Counted from the stretch's first letter, positions 31,464-41,616 are shown. The stretch: 64,000 bases of DNA from an archaeon (GCA_024399275.1 JAKSHS010000003.1:413-64412), one strand, 5' to 3'. Translations and numbers: made by a program. Notes: a model not told the origin generated them from the letters alone.

Positions 31464-32495
31464 TTATTGTCCCTTGACGCCTCTGACTAATGCTCTGAGG
31501 TTATCATCTGGGATAAGGGCTGAAAGTCCACATCCAGGCGAGACTACATTGAATCCTGCCTCTGCAACTCTTCTTCCAGCTGCTTCACAGTCTTCTGGTG
31601 TTCCCTGAAGTAAGGGTTTGACAACTCCAACGTTTCCTACTAATGCTGCACGTCTATTGACGGTTTTAACTGCTTTCACAGAATCAACCTTTTCTTCAAT
31701 TGAAAGTCCTGTGACGCCTGTATCGATCATGTAGTTAAGAATCATTGATGTGTCGCCACATATGTGGAGGACTGTGTCTGATCCTTCTGTGGCCGCGAGT
31801 GAGCTCTTGACATAATTTCCTGAATATTCTGTGAACGTTTTAGGATCGAGAAGGTCTGTTGATGCTGATGGCTCTGACATCTGGATAATGTCTGCACCGG
31901 CATCTGACAACGCCTGGCAGTATGTTTTTACGATCGGGTTGACCGCATTGATCCACTGCTTAACTTTATCTGGATCCATCATAATTCCGAAGACTAGATT
32001 CTCAGTAGACACAAGGTGTCCTGCGAGCGTAAATGGCCCAGTGTTACCTGCAATGACCGCGTACTCTTTTCCGTATTTTTCCTTCATGAGTTTTGTCGCT
32101 TCAATAACGACCGCTGGTCTGCCGCCTTGGATAAATTCTTCGGGAGACATGAGATTAGGTTCGTCATATTCTCCCCCCATGGGGTCAAATTTGAATGGGT
32201 GCTTCTTGAGCATGGGTGTTCTGTCTTGCTTTCCAGGATCGACAGCACATCCGAGCCTCTCAGCCTCTGCAGTCAGACAGAATGAAGACCTAACTGCCTC
32301 GAATCCGAGGATCTTTGCTTGTCCAGCTCCAAGATCGCACATCATTTTTGCGTTGGAGTGTGCCTCTGGCCAGAAGATATTGAGTGCTTTCATCTGACCA
32401 ATCGTCGCAGACTGTGTAAAAACCGCAACCGGAGGTCTGTCAAGTTCTTCCCGCCTCATTGCTGCGAGTACCCTCTCTCTAGGAGTCATTTCCAT
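31464..32495 (-). CDS. mtaA: Methylcobamide:CoM methyltransferase (MtaA/MtbA family)
   Basis: MT.RER...A......DR.P, WPEAH, F....EAE.LG, GPFTLA, LHICG and PGCG zinc ligands; GAGGAG SD before ATG 32495; exact paralog class not resolved. Confidence 0.85.
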   Translation of the reverse strand: MEMTPRERVLAAMRREELDRPPVAVFTQSATIGQMKALNIFWPEAHSNAKMMCDLGAGQAKILGFEAVRSSFCLTAEAERLGCAVDPGKQDRTPMLKKHPFKFDPMGGEYDEPNLMSPEEFIQGGRPAVVIEATKLMKEKYGKEYAVIAGNTGPFTLAGHLVSTENLVFGIMMDPDKVKQWINAVNPIVKTYCQALSDAGADIIQMSEPSASTDLLDPKTFTEYSGNYVKSSLAATEGSDTVLHICGDTSMILNYMIDTGVTGLSIEEKVDSVKAVKTVNRRAALVGNVGVVKPLLQGTPEDCEAAGRRVAEAGFNVVSPGCGLSALIPDDNLRALVRGVKGQ

Positions 32496-32599
32496 AATTA
32501 ACTCTCCTCGCGGTCTCATCGCTCTTAACTTATAAAATCTGCTCGGTGTTTCAATTCTACACTGGGGGTCTAGAATCTAATGAATAATATTTGATCACA

Positions 32600-34807
32600 C
32601 TAGTCAGATTCGGGAGGATCGCCTATTGCTCTAGAAATTATGTCAACATAGGTGACAGTCCCGGTATGTTTGTCATCAGAGTATCCAACACCGCCCTCCG
32701 ATGCCATAAATGTCTTGATTTTTGAGAATGTTTCAATATTTCTGGCTCCGGAGCTCTTGAGTTTGTTAGATAGATATGTTTCTAGACTTCTTACGCATGA
32801 TGATACTGCATTTCCGAGATGAGTATGATATGCTGTGCCCATGAAAGGAATAGTTGTCAAATATCTATAATCGGGTGTTGGAATTACGTTTGCGGATAAT
32901 GATTCTGTCATTTTACTGCAAATGGCGCCCACAGCGTTTCCAACATCATTATCTTCTGGAAATTCTACGATTGAGCCCAATCTTTTGGAGAGGTCCGACA
33001 TTATGTGTTTAGATGGTGCTCCTATTCCTATAATGGGAATCTTGAACGAGGGACGCATGTTCATAGCATCGTCATGATTAAGTGTTACCATTCTTCTTAT
33101 AAGGAGGTCCGCTCCGTTTCCGTGCCAATTCACCATTTGATCGTTTAACATTTTTGTCATAATCGCTTCGGCTATTTTTGTTTTAATTTCTTCGAATACA
33201 GCTACAGCGGCCTGCCCCTCTGTCATACCTAATTTTTCGCTAATAGCGTGAATGCCTGCACGGGCGGCATCATAAGAACCTAATTCAAACATTTTTAAGT
33301 AAACCATAACGTCTGTTGGAGTTAAGGATGCACACTTAACTGCGCCCACATCAATCAATGATTTTAGTTCTTTATCAATTACCCAGAGTCCGTCTACAGA
33401 GTCCATGATGTCCATTAGGCTCATTGCTCCCTTTCCGGACATAGCGTTGAGTACGTGGAGTTCTCTTTCGTTTAGGGTTGATGGGTTAAAATCGTTGATG
33501 GCTTCGTAGTAATCGTAAATATCAGTGTGCATGATCTTATCCACAATATCTTTGCGCCCATTAGCAAATTCAGATAGTGGTGTTACTCTTTCTGGGCCAA
33601 TCTCAAATGTGCCACTGTTTAATCTTATTCTTGAATCTCCCCCCAACGCTATTGTGTGTATATCTACAGCCTTGACGCGGGTTTTCCACTCTCCGATAGT
33701 GGCACCTTCAAACTGAATTTGTGGAAATCCATTCTCCATGATGGCAATATCTGTGGACGTTCCCCCTATGTCGACAACAACACAGTTACTCTGGTCTGAA
33801 AGTATTTTCCCCCCCATACAGGACGCAGCAGGCCCAGAGAGAATTGTTTCGACAGGGTACTGTCGAGCTTGTTTAAGAGTCATAACAGATCCGTCACCTT
33901 TGTAGGCCATAATTGGGGCTGTTATGTTTTTCTCTTTGAAGGTTTTCTCGACATCATCAAAGAATTTTGTAACAACTGGAATTAGTTTTGCATTGAGAAC
34001 AGCAGTTTCTGCTCTCATATCGATGCCCAAAACTGCTGAAAGTTCGTGTCCTGCAACCGTCGGGAGGCCTGTTATTTGTATTGCCAACTCTTTTACTTTC
34101 TTTTCCTGAGATGGGTTTACATTTGCAAACAACCCAGAAATTGCAATTGCATCTACTCCATCGGACACTTCTCTGATTGCAGCAATAACCTCATTTTTGG
34201 ACATAGCCGCTATGGGTTTGCCTCTGCTATCATATCCTCCCTTAATGAAAACATGCTTCTTTTCCCCGAAATTAACCTCTTCTATTGGATTCCATCCTAT
34301 AAGAATCAATCCGACTTCTCCGCCGCGATTTTCAAGAATAGAATTTGTTGCGAGTGTTGTGGATATTCCGACAGTAGCTATGTCAGATGGCCGAACATCA
34401 GTGGACGCAAACACAGCGTCGATTGATTTATACAACCCAATAGATAAATCTTCATGAATTGTTCTGGATTTCTTTTTTGCAATAACAGAGTAATCATCTA
34501 GATCGACAATGACTGCGTCAGTAAAGGTGCCACCCGTGTCAATTCCCAATCCATATCTTACGGGGGATACGTATTCATGATCTTCAGAATATGTATCTGA
34601 TTCGATTAAACCTGCATCTTTCGTTAGCTTTCCTATATATCCAAAAACTTTTTCCCGCTTTTTTGTTTCTCGGTTGTATCTTATTGTTTGAAAGTAGACG
34701 CAGTAATTATTTCCTGACTTTTTCACACTGAAACATTTCCTTCCAGCATGTTTCTCTTGTAGAATCCAATCTTGAACCCATTTGTCATACTTTGAATACT
34801 GCGTCAT
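32600..34807 (-). CDS. Hydantoinase/oxoprolinase-family ASKHA protein with N-terminal transposase-like domain
   Basis: LGIDTGGTFTDAV, STTLATN..LE, ET.LSGPAAS, VDIGGTSTD, LGGDS, TPTD, NAVGA; basic ~80-aa N-terminal extension; TATA-like box near 34841-34850. Confidence 0.85.
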   Translation of the reverse strand: MTQYSKYDKWVQDWILQEKHAGRKCFSVKKSGNNYCVYFQTIRYNRETKKREKVFGYIGKLTKDAGLIESDTYSEDHEYVSPVRYGLGIDTGGTFTDAVIVDLDDYSVIAKKKSRTIHEDLSIGLYKSIDAVFASTDVRPSDIATVGISTTLATNSILENRGGEVGLILIGWNPIEEVNFGEKKHVFIKGGYDSRGKPIAAMSKNEVIAAIREVSDGVDAIAISGLFANVNPSQEKKVKELAIQITGLPTVAGHELSAVLGIDMRAETAVLNAKLIPVVTKFFDDVEKTFKEKNITAPIMAYKGDGSVMTLKQARQYPVETILSGPAASCMGGKILSDQSNCVVVDIGGTSTDIAIMENGFPQIQFEGATIGEWKTRVKAVDIHTIALGGDSRIRLNSGTFEIGPERVTPLSEFANGRKDIVDKIMHTDIYDYYEAINDFNPSTLNERELHVLNAMSGKGAMSLMDIMDSVDGLWVIDKELKSLIDVGAVKCASLTPTDVMVYLKMFELGSYDAARAGIHAISEKLGMTEGQAAVAVFEEIKTKIAEAIMTKMLNDQMVNWHGNGADLLIRRMVTLNHDDAMNMRPSFKIPIIGIGAPSKHIMSDLSKRLGSIVEFPEDNDVGNAVGAICSKMTESLSANVIPTPDYRYLTTIPFMGTAYHTHLGNAVSSCVRSLETYLSNKLKSSGARNIETFSKIKTFMASEGGVGYSDDKHTGTVTYVDIISRAIGDPPESD

Positions 34808-34940
34808 GTTGTCATCGGGGCAGTGTATTACCCGGGACTGTATAATAAAGTGAACGTCCAACAGCGAGGGGTGACCTGGCTGCTGGAGCTAGATGAGGTA
34901 AGTGAAAAAGTTTGCAGTGTGCTTCGAGATAATGTCTCGA

Positions 34941-35585
34941 TTAAATTCCCAAGAAGTTCGCTGCTACCTTAGACGCTTCAACAGCGTCGTAAGACCATCC
35001 GTCCGCACCGATTTGATCTGCGAATTCTTTGGATGTCGCTCCGCCACCAATCATTGTTTTGATTTTACCTTTGAGACCCTCTTCCTTGAGTACTTTCTCG
35101 CACTCTTTCATTCCGGCGAGTGTTGGTGTCATAAGTGTCGATTCTGCAATGATTTGTGCACTGTTCTCCTTTGCCTTGTCTATCATATCTTTAATTGGGA
35201 CGTCTTTGCCCATGTCAATAATCGTCAGTCCAAGACCAGTAAGCATTGCTTTGACGATGTTCTTTCCAATATCGTGAACATCTCCCTCAACAACACCGAT
35301 TACAACCGTTCCCTTTGTTGTTCCGCCTGCACCTGTAAGCATTGGAAGAACGAGATTCAGACCCATGTAGAGCGTATTTGCTGAAAGTAGAACCTGAGGA
35401 AGGAAATACTGCTTTGCTGCGTACTTGTCACCGACGATCGCCATTGCTTTGGACAGCCCATTGAAAATGATGTCCTTTGCGTCGTGGCCAGCATCGAGGC
35501 ACTTCTGTGTTGCGCCTTTTCCCTCTTTAATCTTACCTTTTACAACAATGTCTATAAGTGCATCCATCTCTGCGCTCATTTTCAC
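34941..35585 (-). CDS. Methyltransferase cognate corrinoid protein (MtbC/MttC/MtaC family)
   Basis: B12 cap (FLPQV) plus EGDVHDIGKNIV (DxHxxG), S.LMT.T, GGG, IGAD; GGAGGTG SD. Confidence 0.92.
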   Translation of the reverse strand: MKMSAEMDALIDIVVKGKIKEGKGATQKCLDAGHDAKDIIFNGLSKAMAIVGDKYAAKQYFLPQVLLSANTLYMGLNLVLPMLTGAGGTTKGTVVIGVVEGDVHDIGKNIVKAMLTGLGLTIIDMGKDVPIKDMIDKAKENSAQIIAESTLMTPTLAGMKECEKVLKEEGLKGKIKTMIGGGATSKEFADQIGADGWSYDAVEASKVAANFLGI

Positions 35586-35709
35586 ACCTCCATCTTGTTA
35601 CCAAGGTGGCTGTCTCCCTATTTTTATAGTTAAATATAAAGTAGTGATATGGATGGATTATACATCCATTATATGATTTGTATTTATAGAGGGGTGTTTA
35701 CCGGCGGAA

Positions 35710-36417
35710 TTATACGTTTATTTCTCTGATTTCTCCTAATTTACCAAGATAAAACACATCGGAATCTGATATTCCGTATACATCAGCTTGATCAGTATGT
35801 GATGCTTTGCATGCTGGGGACATGAATGTTTCTGGTCCATCTAATGAAGATCCTGAAAATATGGGGCTGAATGGGGGAATAACAACTATACCTTCCTTTT
35901 TTAGATACAAGAAACACTGAAATTTTATCCGACCTCCAATATTTATGGAAGGGTGTTCGTGACCTATTATTACAGGTCTCTTTCCAGAATCTGAGTGTCC
36001 ATGTTCCATTCGAAAACCACGTATATCAATGTAATCGACCACTTTGAGATTTAAATCCTGTAGAATGTTTTGAAGAAAATTATCATGATTTCCCTTTACT
36101 ACTGTGACATCTGCGACATTTCTGAGCAGCTCTATTATTTTTTTAACTTCTTTTTCACATTCTGAGCGGATTCTTCTGAAGTCGTGCTTAATGTCACCGA
36201 GAAGAACGATTTGCTTTGGATTGTATTTGTATATTACTTTATTTAGAGATTCTATGATGGATTCCGTATTGAATCTTGGGAGATACACGCCTTCCTCTTC
36301 TAGAGCTTTTTCATATCCCAAGTGAAGATCACTTAAGACAGCGGTGGGGCCATCATCCAGTATGAGACACCTGTATTTGGTAACGTGAACGCCTGGCATT
36401 ATTTCTACAGAATCCAT
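35710..36417 (-). CDS. Calcineurin-like metallophosphoesterase
   Basis: SDLHLG, LGD.KH, GNHD, HGH, GHEHP motifs. Confidence 0.88.
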   Translation of the reverse strand: MDSVEIMPGVHVTKYRCLILDDGPTAVLSDLHLGYEKALEEEGVYLPRFNTESIIESLNKVIYKYNPKQIVLLGDIKHDFRRIRSECEKEVKKIIELLRNVADVTVVKGNHDNFLQNILQDLNLKVVDYIDIRGFRMEHGHSDSGKRPVIIGHEHPSINIGGRIKFQCFLYLKKEGIVVIPPFSPIFSGSSLDGPETFMSPACKASHTDQADVYGISDSDVFYLGKLGEIREINV

Positions 36418-36595
36418 GACGAGAACTATTGACAGACACTTTTAATAGCTTGGTAGGGAAACGTAGACTTGGGAAAATATTTCCTTGTGTATCTTGTGGA
36501 CAGGTGAGAATGGATGAGGTTTGATAATAATTAATTAGTTGCTCCATTGGTTGACTTAACGTTTATATATGCTGAATCGAGTGGCTTCACGGCAT

Positions 36596-36670
36596 GGCCA
36601 GGGTGGGGTAGTCTGGTTATCCTGGGGGATTGTGGATCCCCTGACTCGGGTTCAAATCCCGATCCCGGCC
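36596..36670 (+). tRNA. tRNA-His(GTG) with encoded G-1
   Basis: G-GCCAGGG...GGGGA-TTGTGGA-TCCCC...GGTTCAAATCC...TCCCGGC-C; TATA box TTTATATAT at 36562-36570. Confidence 0.92.
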
Positions 36671-36703
36671 CTTCTTTACGTCATTTAGAGAGATTGAGTC
36701 GTT

Positions 36704-38152
36704 ATGTCTTGGAACGGAAAATTTGTTAGACTTGACGAGAATAGATGGCAGATCCCTAGCGATTACATGGAGGGCATGAGAACAGATGCAGTGATTTTCG
36801 CTAATGATGCCATAGTTGAGCAGATCAGATCTGATGATTCCCCTCAGCAAGTTGCTAATATGGCGTGTATCCCTGGTATAGTTGGAAAATCAATAGCGAT
36901 GCCTGACATTCATTTAGGATATGGTTTTCCGATTGGCGGTGTGGTGGCAGTTAATGTAGACGATGGCTTCATTTCGCCTGGCGGAATTGGTTTTGATATT
37001 AACTGTGGTGTTCGCCTCATCAGAACAGATCTTCAGATAGAAGATGTTACAAAAAACATAAGCGATCTCGTTGATGAATTGTTCAGGAATATCCCGTCAG
37101 GTCTTGGATCAAAAGGTCTCGTTGATGTTAATTTAAGGGAGATAGAAGAGATACTGACGAACGGCTCAGAGTGGGCTATTGAGAATGGATATGGATGGGA
37201 GAAAGATTTAGAATTTACAGAAGAATCCGGCAAGATGCTTGGTGCTGACTCTCAATTTGTTAGTCAGAAGGCTAGAAGGAGGGGTCTATCCCAGCTTGGG
37301 TCTCTTGGTTCCGGCAATCACTTTCTCGAAGTGGATGTTGTAGATAAGATATTTGACGAGGGAGTTGCCAAAGTATTTGGATTGAGAGAGGGGCAAATCA
37401 CTATTACGATTCATTGTGGATCTAGGGGATGTGGGTATCAAATTGCGGCAGATTATCTTCAGGAGATGGAACACTATGCAAAAGAAAATAACGTTTCTGT
37501 TCCTGATAAACAACTTGCCTGTGCCCCCTTAGTGTCGAATCTAGGGAGTAACTATTTTTCGGCAATGTCGTGCGGAGCGAACTATGCCTGGACAAACCGC
37601 CAATTGATTACACATTGGATTAGAAGATCTTTTGAAAATGTCATGAACGATTCTTCAGAGAACATGGGTATTGATGTAGTTTACGATGTCGCGCACAACA
37701 TTGCAAAAAAAGAACGCCATTTTGTTGATGGGAAATGTATGGATGTATTGGTTCATAGAAAAGGTGCGACAAGAGCATTCTGCGCTGAAAGACCGGAAGT
37801 TCCTATGAAGTATCGTTATGTTGGACAGCCAGTAATAATTCCAGGAGATATGGTTACAGGAACGTATGTGTTGGTAGGAGAAAGCAGAGCAATGAATGAA
37901 ACATTTGGATCGTCATGCCATGGAGCTGGTAGAAAAATGTCAAGGAAATTTGCTGCAGAGTCTATTGATGTTAACGGAGTTAGGGATGCCATGATAAAAG
38001 ACAACATCTACTTCAAGAGTGGTGGAGAGGGATTGGCTGAGGAGGCCCCTCAGGCCTATAAAGATGTAAGTCAGGTAGTATCTGTAATGTGCAATTCAAA
38101 TCTTGCGCGGAAAGTAGTGAAATTGAAACCAATTGGCGTTGTAAAAGGATGA
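36704..38152 (+). CDS. rtcB: tRNA-splicing/RNA repair ligase RtcB
   Basis: MPDIH.GYGFPIG, DINCG, GSGNHF, HCGSRG, AHN, HRKGAT, SCHGAGR, EEAP.AYK. Confidence 0.95.
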   Translation: MSWNGKFVRLDENRWQIPSDYMEGMRTDAVIFANDAIVEQIRSDDSPQQVANMACIPGIVGKSIAMPDIHLGYGFPIGGVVAVNVDDGFISPGGIGFDINCGVRLIRTDLQIEDVTKNISDLVDELFRNIPSGLGSKGLVDVNLREIEEILTNGSEWAIENGYGWEKDLEFTEESGKMLGADSQFVSQKARRRGLSQLGSLGSGNHFLEVDVVDKIFDEGVAKVFGLREGQITITIHCGSRGCGYQIAADYLQEMEHYAKENNVSVPDKQLACAPLVSNLGSNYFSAMSCGANYAWTNRQLITHWIRRSFENVMNDSSENMGIDVVYDVAHNIAKKERHFVDGKCMDVLVHRKGATRAFCAERPEVPMKYRYVGQPVIIPGDMVTGTYVLVGESRAMNETFGSSCHGAGRKMSRKFAAESIDVNGVRDAMIKDNIYFKSGGEGLAEEAPQAYKDVSQVVSVMCNSNLARKVVKLKPIGVVKG

Positions 38153-38254
38153 GGCACGGAGTTTTATTGCTTTGATTTTGTATCGTTTCAAGAGTTTGGT
38201 TTGTAAATGTTGGTGTTTGCGGCTGTCACGTTATCTGTTTTGTTCGGTGAGCGC

Positions 38255-38746
38255 TCATTCGTCCAGCTTCCAAAGTTTGTCGCCTACGCTGTGCAGAACT
38301 TTAATGGCCTTCCCTTTATCTTTTGAAAGCATAGAATTAGAATTTCGAATAGCGACACCTATGGCCAATGGTGTTCTATTGTTTACATCTCTGACCCATA
38401 CCATGCTACCTTCCGTAATTTTTGGGTCGGCATCAATAATGCCTGGCCCCATAACATCAGCTCCATTAGCGACGTAGGGAACGGCCCCCATATCTATAGT
38501 GACAGCATAGGATTCTGGTTTATACTTTAGAAGTCCTCTTATGGTAAGAAAGGGCTTTCCCTCGTAGATAATACCCAGAACTTCGTTGTTGACAAATATA
38601 AGGTTGAATTCTGGCCCTTCTGCGAAGTCCACTGCACTCCCTTCTGCAAAAACTTTGGTATCAAATAAATTTTCAAGTTGTTCCTTGACTTCTTTGACTT
38701 CTTTTTCTCTCATTCTCTTTCTTTTGCGCACTCTTATGTCCGCCAT
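38255..38746 (-). CDS. PUA-domain RNA-binding protein (DUF1947/Tma20-like)
   Basis: D.GAVP...NGADVM.PGI; C-terminal G.A....H.VGD.LW; ATG 38746 preferred over the 38941 extension. Confidence 0.88.
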   Translation of the reverse strand: MADIRVRKRKRMREKEVKEVKEQLENLFDTKVFAEGSAVDFAEGPEFNLIFVNNEVLGIIYEGKPFLTIRGLLKYKPESYAVTIDMGAVPYVANGADVMGPGIIDADPKITEGSMVWVRDVNNRTPLAIGVAIRNSNSMLSKDKGKAIKVLHSVGDKLWKLDE

Positions 38747-38940
38747 TAATTCCAGCCATGATTTGGAAATATAATAAAACTCAGGTTCATTCTTTAAGGT
38801 GTGTGGAGACAGCGAGGAGTTGACGTACTGAGTGTATTCTAATAAAATGTTATGGAAATCCGATTGAAAATATGTGTTTGAAGATGGGAACTTTTGTGGG
38901 GCAGGGCTAGTAGAGCTCTCGTTATTTGATTCTGGCAACA

Positions 38941-39513
38941 CTATAAGTTGCGTTTTAGAAGTTGTCTAGTCATGTTATTCGCAACTGTTTTAAGTATAAC
39001 GGCGTCTCCACTTTTTTCGTGTTCTAAAGAAATTTTGGGGCTTATGATGCATATTGGGCTGCTGCCGACGACTACCATTTGATTACAAAGCATCCAATTG
39101 ACGAGTTCAGCGTATGCATTGGAGCCTCCACTGTGTTCTTGTATTGCTATTGCTGCCCCTATCTTGTCTTTTAATGGGAAGTTACCAAATTGACATACAC
39201 GTCCCGCACGTTCAAGAAACATTTTTATTTGTGCTGTACACGAATTAAAATAGACAGGCGATGCCATTACTACGCCGTCTGCTAATTTTATTTCGTCTAA
39301 ATAGTTGTTCATGTTGTCGTCCTCTATAACGCACCTCCCGTCACCTCTTATTTCACAAGAATTGCAATGATTACAGGGGCTGATATGGCTTTCATAAACT
39401 TGTATGTGCTCTGTCTCAATGCCATTTTTATTGAGCTCGTCTAGTACTACGCTAATGGCAGTTGATGTATTTCCGAGAAGGCGAGGACTACCGTTTAAGG
39501 CGACAACTTTCAT
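38941..39513 (-). CDS. Iron-sulfur flavoprotein (Isf/flavodoxin family)
   Basis: NGSPR..GNT, CxxCxxC...C, SPVYF. Confidence 0.88.
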   Translation of the reverse strand: MKVVALNGSPRLLGNTSTAISVVLDELNKNGIETEHIQVYESHISPCNHCNSCEIRGDGRCVIEDDNMNNYLDEIKLADGVVMASPVYFNSCTAQIKMFLERAGRVCQFGNFPLKDKIGAAIAIQEHSGGSNAYAELVNWMLCNQMVVVGSSPICIISPKISLEHEKSGDAVILKTVANNMTRQLLKRNL

Positions 39514-39676
39514 GCTGGGATAGTGACGTGCTCATTATAAATGATGACTGTTAGACTATTGACATAATGTCGTTGTATTCTATGTTAGTGTGGACATTGT
39601 GGGATATTACTATACACATTGACGCAGGATATGATTGGAAAACATTATAATTGAAGTTTGCTTATTTTGATTGGTT

Positions 39677-40426
39677 ATGTTGGATGTTGTGGGGCTTCAT
39701 GTGGAGGCTGGGGGCCAGGAGATAATAAAAGGGGTTTCCTTCCGAGTTAAAGAGGGGGAGACTTGCGTTTTATTTGGTCCAAATGGATCTGGCAAATCTA
39801 CACTTTTGTCAGCTATAATGGGTTATAGTTCTTGCAAGATTACGAGTGGTAGCATTTTTTTCAAAGAAGTTGACATAACGCATATGGCGATTGATGAGCG
39901 TGCAAAGCTTGGTATAGGCATGATGATGCAGAGGCCACCAAATGTCTCTGGTGTGAGGTTGGGTGACCTTATTGGAATGTCGATCGGCGGTGGTGGAGAC
40001 ATTACCAAGAAGGCGTCTGAATTTAGAATGAAAGAGTTTCTTGATAGGGATATAAATATTGGATTTTCTGGAGGAGAGATCAAAAGGTCTGAACTTTTGC
40101 AACTCACCATGCAGTCCCCGGATTTTGTTTTACTTGATGAGCCAGAGTCTGGTGTTGATCTAGAAAATATTAAGCTTATCGGGGAAAAAGTTAGAGATCT
40201 TCTTTACTTAGATCGAGTGCATAGCTGTAAATGCTGCAGGAGGCACGTGTCGTCGCTAGTTATAACACATACTGGTCAAATTCTTGACTATATTGGAGCG
40301 GACAGAGGATACATTCTTCAGAATGGACTTATTCGTTGTAGCGGGCGACCGTCAGATATTTTGGATGATATTAGAAAAAATGGTTACAAGGAATGTATTT
40401 CATGCAAGATGATTCGGACAGAGTAG
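39677..40426 (+). CDS. sufC: Fe-S assembly ATPase SufC/SmsC
   Basis: GPNGSGKS, GFSGGE.KRSE, DEPESGVD, ITHTG; C-terminal CxxC. Confidence 0.9.
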   Translation: MLDVVGLHVEAGGQEIIKGVSFRVKEGETCVLFGPNGSGKSTLLSAIMGYSSCKITSGSIFFKEVDITHMAIDERAKLGIGMMMQRPPNVSGVRLGDLIGMSIGGGGDITKKASEFRMKEFLDRDINIGFSGGEIKRSELLQLTMQSPDFVLLDEPESGVDLENIKLIGEKVRDLLYLDRVHSCKCCRRHVSSLVITHTGQILDYIGADRGYILQNGLIRCSGRPSDILDDIRKNGYKECISCKMIRTE

Positions 40427-41616
40427 ACGGAGACTCAAAAAAGAGTGTGAGGGTGGGCATTTCTGATGTTTTGGGTGATTATGCGCTGGGCTCTACTAGT
40501 TCGAAAAGAGTGAGTAGTCTTGCGGAAGTAGATGATGATACTAGATCTGTAATGAAGGACATCGGTATCGCTGATGATGAAAGCGGCCGAAGTGGCTCTA
40601 TTATGTTTATTAATAATGGACTAAGTCATTGCTCGAATAAAATACAGGATGGAGTGGAGATCCTTTCCACTCATGAGGCTCTGAAGAGATATGAATGGGT
40701 CAAGGATTATTTCTGGAAAGCGACCCCCTCTGAAAAAGATGAATTCACGGAAAAAGTGTACGATGGATGTGCTGACGGATATTTTATATGGGTGAAACCA
40801 GGGTATAAAATTAAAGATCCTGTTCAGGCGTGTAACATAATATCTGTTAAGAGATCTGTGCAGACACTTCATAACATTGTAATTGTTGAAGAAGGGGCGT
40901 CTCTAGAGATGATTTCCGGGTGTGCTACAAATAGTCATGTTAATGAAGCTTTGCATATTGGGGTGTCTGAGATTTATGTCGGGAAAAATGCCTCGTGTAC
41001 GTTTTCTATGATACATAATTGGGGATCCAAAACAACTGTTCGCCCGAGAACAGTTTGTCTTGTGGAAGCTGGTGGCAAATATGTTAGTAATTATGTTCTT
41101 CTTAAACCAGTGGGTACACTTCAAAGCTTTCCATTGTGCCGGCTTAATGGAGAGGGAGCGTCTTGTAAATTTAACACCATATGTATTGCATGTAAAGGTT
41201 CAGACATAGACAGTGGAACTGTTGTCGAGTTGAATGCTCCGAATACGTCAGCAGAGGTTGTGTCAAGAAACATTGTCCGTGGGGGAAACATAATTGCGAG
41301 AGGCAGGCTTATTGGGAACACTCCAGGAATCAGGGCACATCTAGAATGTAAAAGTATCATGCTTGACGACGGTGGAAAAACAGAGGCGATTCCTGAGTTG
41401 ATTTCAACGGCAGTCAATGTTGAGATGACTCACGAAGCAGCTGTTGGAAAAATTGCAAGAGACCAAATCGAGTATCTTATGTCTAGGGGACTTTCAGAAG
41501 AAGACGCCATTGGGATGATTATTAGGGGATTTCTTGTTGGTGGCATAAGTGGCCTTTCGGATAATCTCAAAAAAGAGATTGATGATGCAATTTCCAAAGC
41601 CGATCTTGGAAGTTGA
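40402..41616 (+). CDS. sufB: Fe-S scaffold SufB/SmsB
   Basis: HN...VEEG, MIHNW, H.EC, PEL, THEAAVGKI...QIEYLMSRG. Confidence 0.9.
   Translation: MQDDSDRVDGDSKKSVRVGISDVLGDYALGSTSSKRVSSLAEVDDDTRSVMKDIGIADDESGRSGSIMFINNGLSHCSNKIQDGVEILSTHEALKRYEWVKDYFWKATPSEKDEFTEKVYDGCADGYFIWVKPGYKIKDPVQACNIISVKRSVQTLHNIVIVEEGASLEMISGCATNSHVNEALHIGVSEIYVGKNASCTFSMIHNWGSKTTVRPRTVCLVEAGGKYVSNYVLLKPVGTLQSFPLCRLNGEGASCKFNTICIACKGSDIDSGTVVELNAPNTSAEVVSRNIVRGGNIIARGRLIGNTPGIRAHLECKSIMLDDGGKTEAIPELISTAVNVEMTHEAAVGKIARDQIEYLMSRGLSEEDAIGMIIRGFLVGGISGLSDNLKKEIDDAISKADLGS

Noticed and set aside
34560-34940. Intact insertion sequence upstream of the hydantoinase domain
   Set aside because: No DDE catalytic domain, terminal inverted repeats or target-site duplication; only a short in-frame domain
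2531-36670. tRNA genes as integration sites of a provirus or island
   Set aside because: No integrase and no duplicated tRNA 3' ends seen in the window
38747-38941. 65-aa N-terminal extension of the PUA protein, or TAG readthrough from isf
   Set aside because: The extension looks non-coding (Ser/Pro-rich, covers a TATA-like box); isf readthrough is in a different frame and meets another TAG
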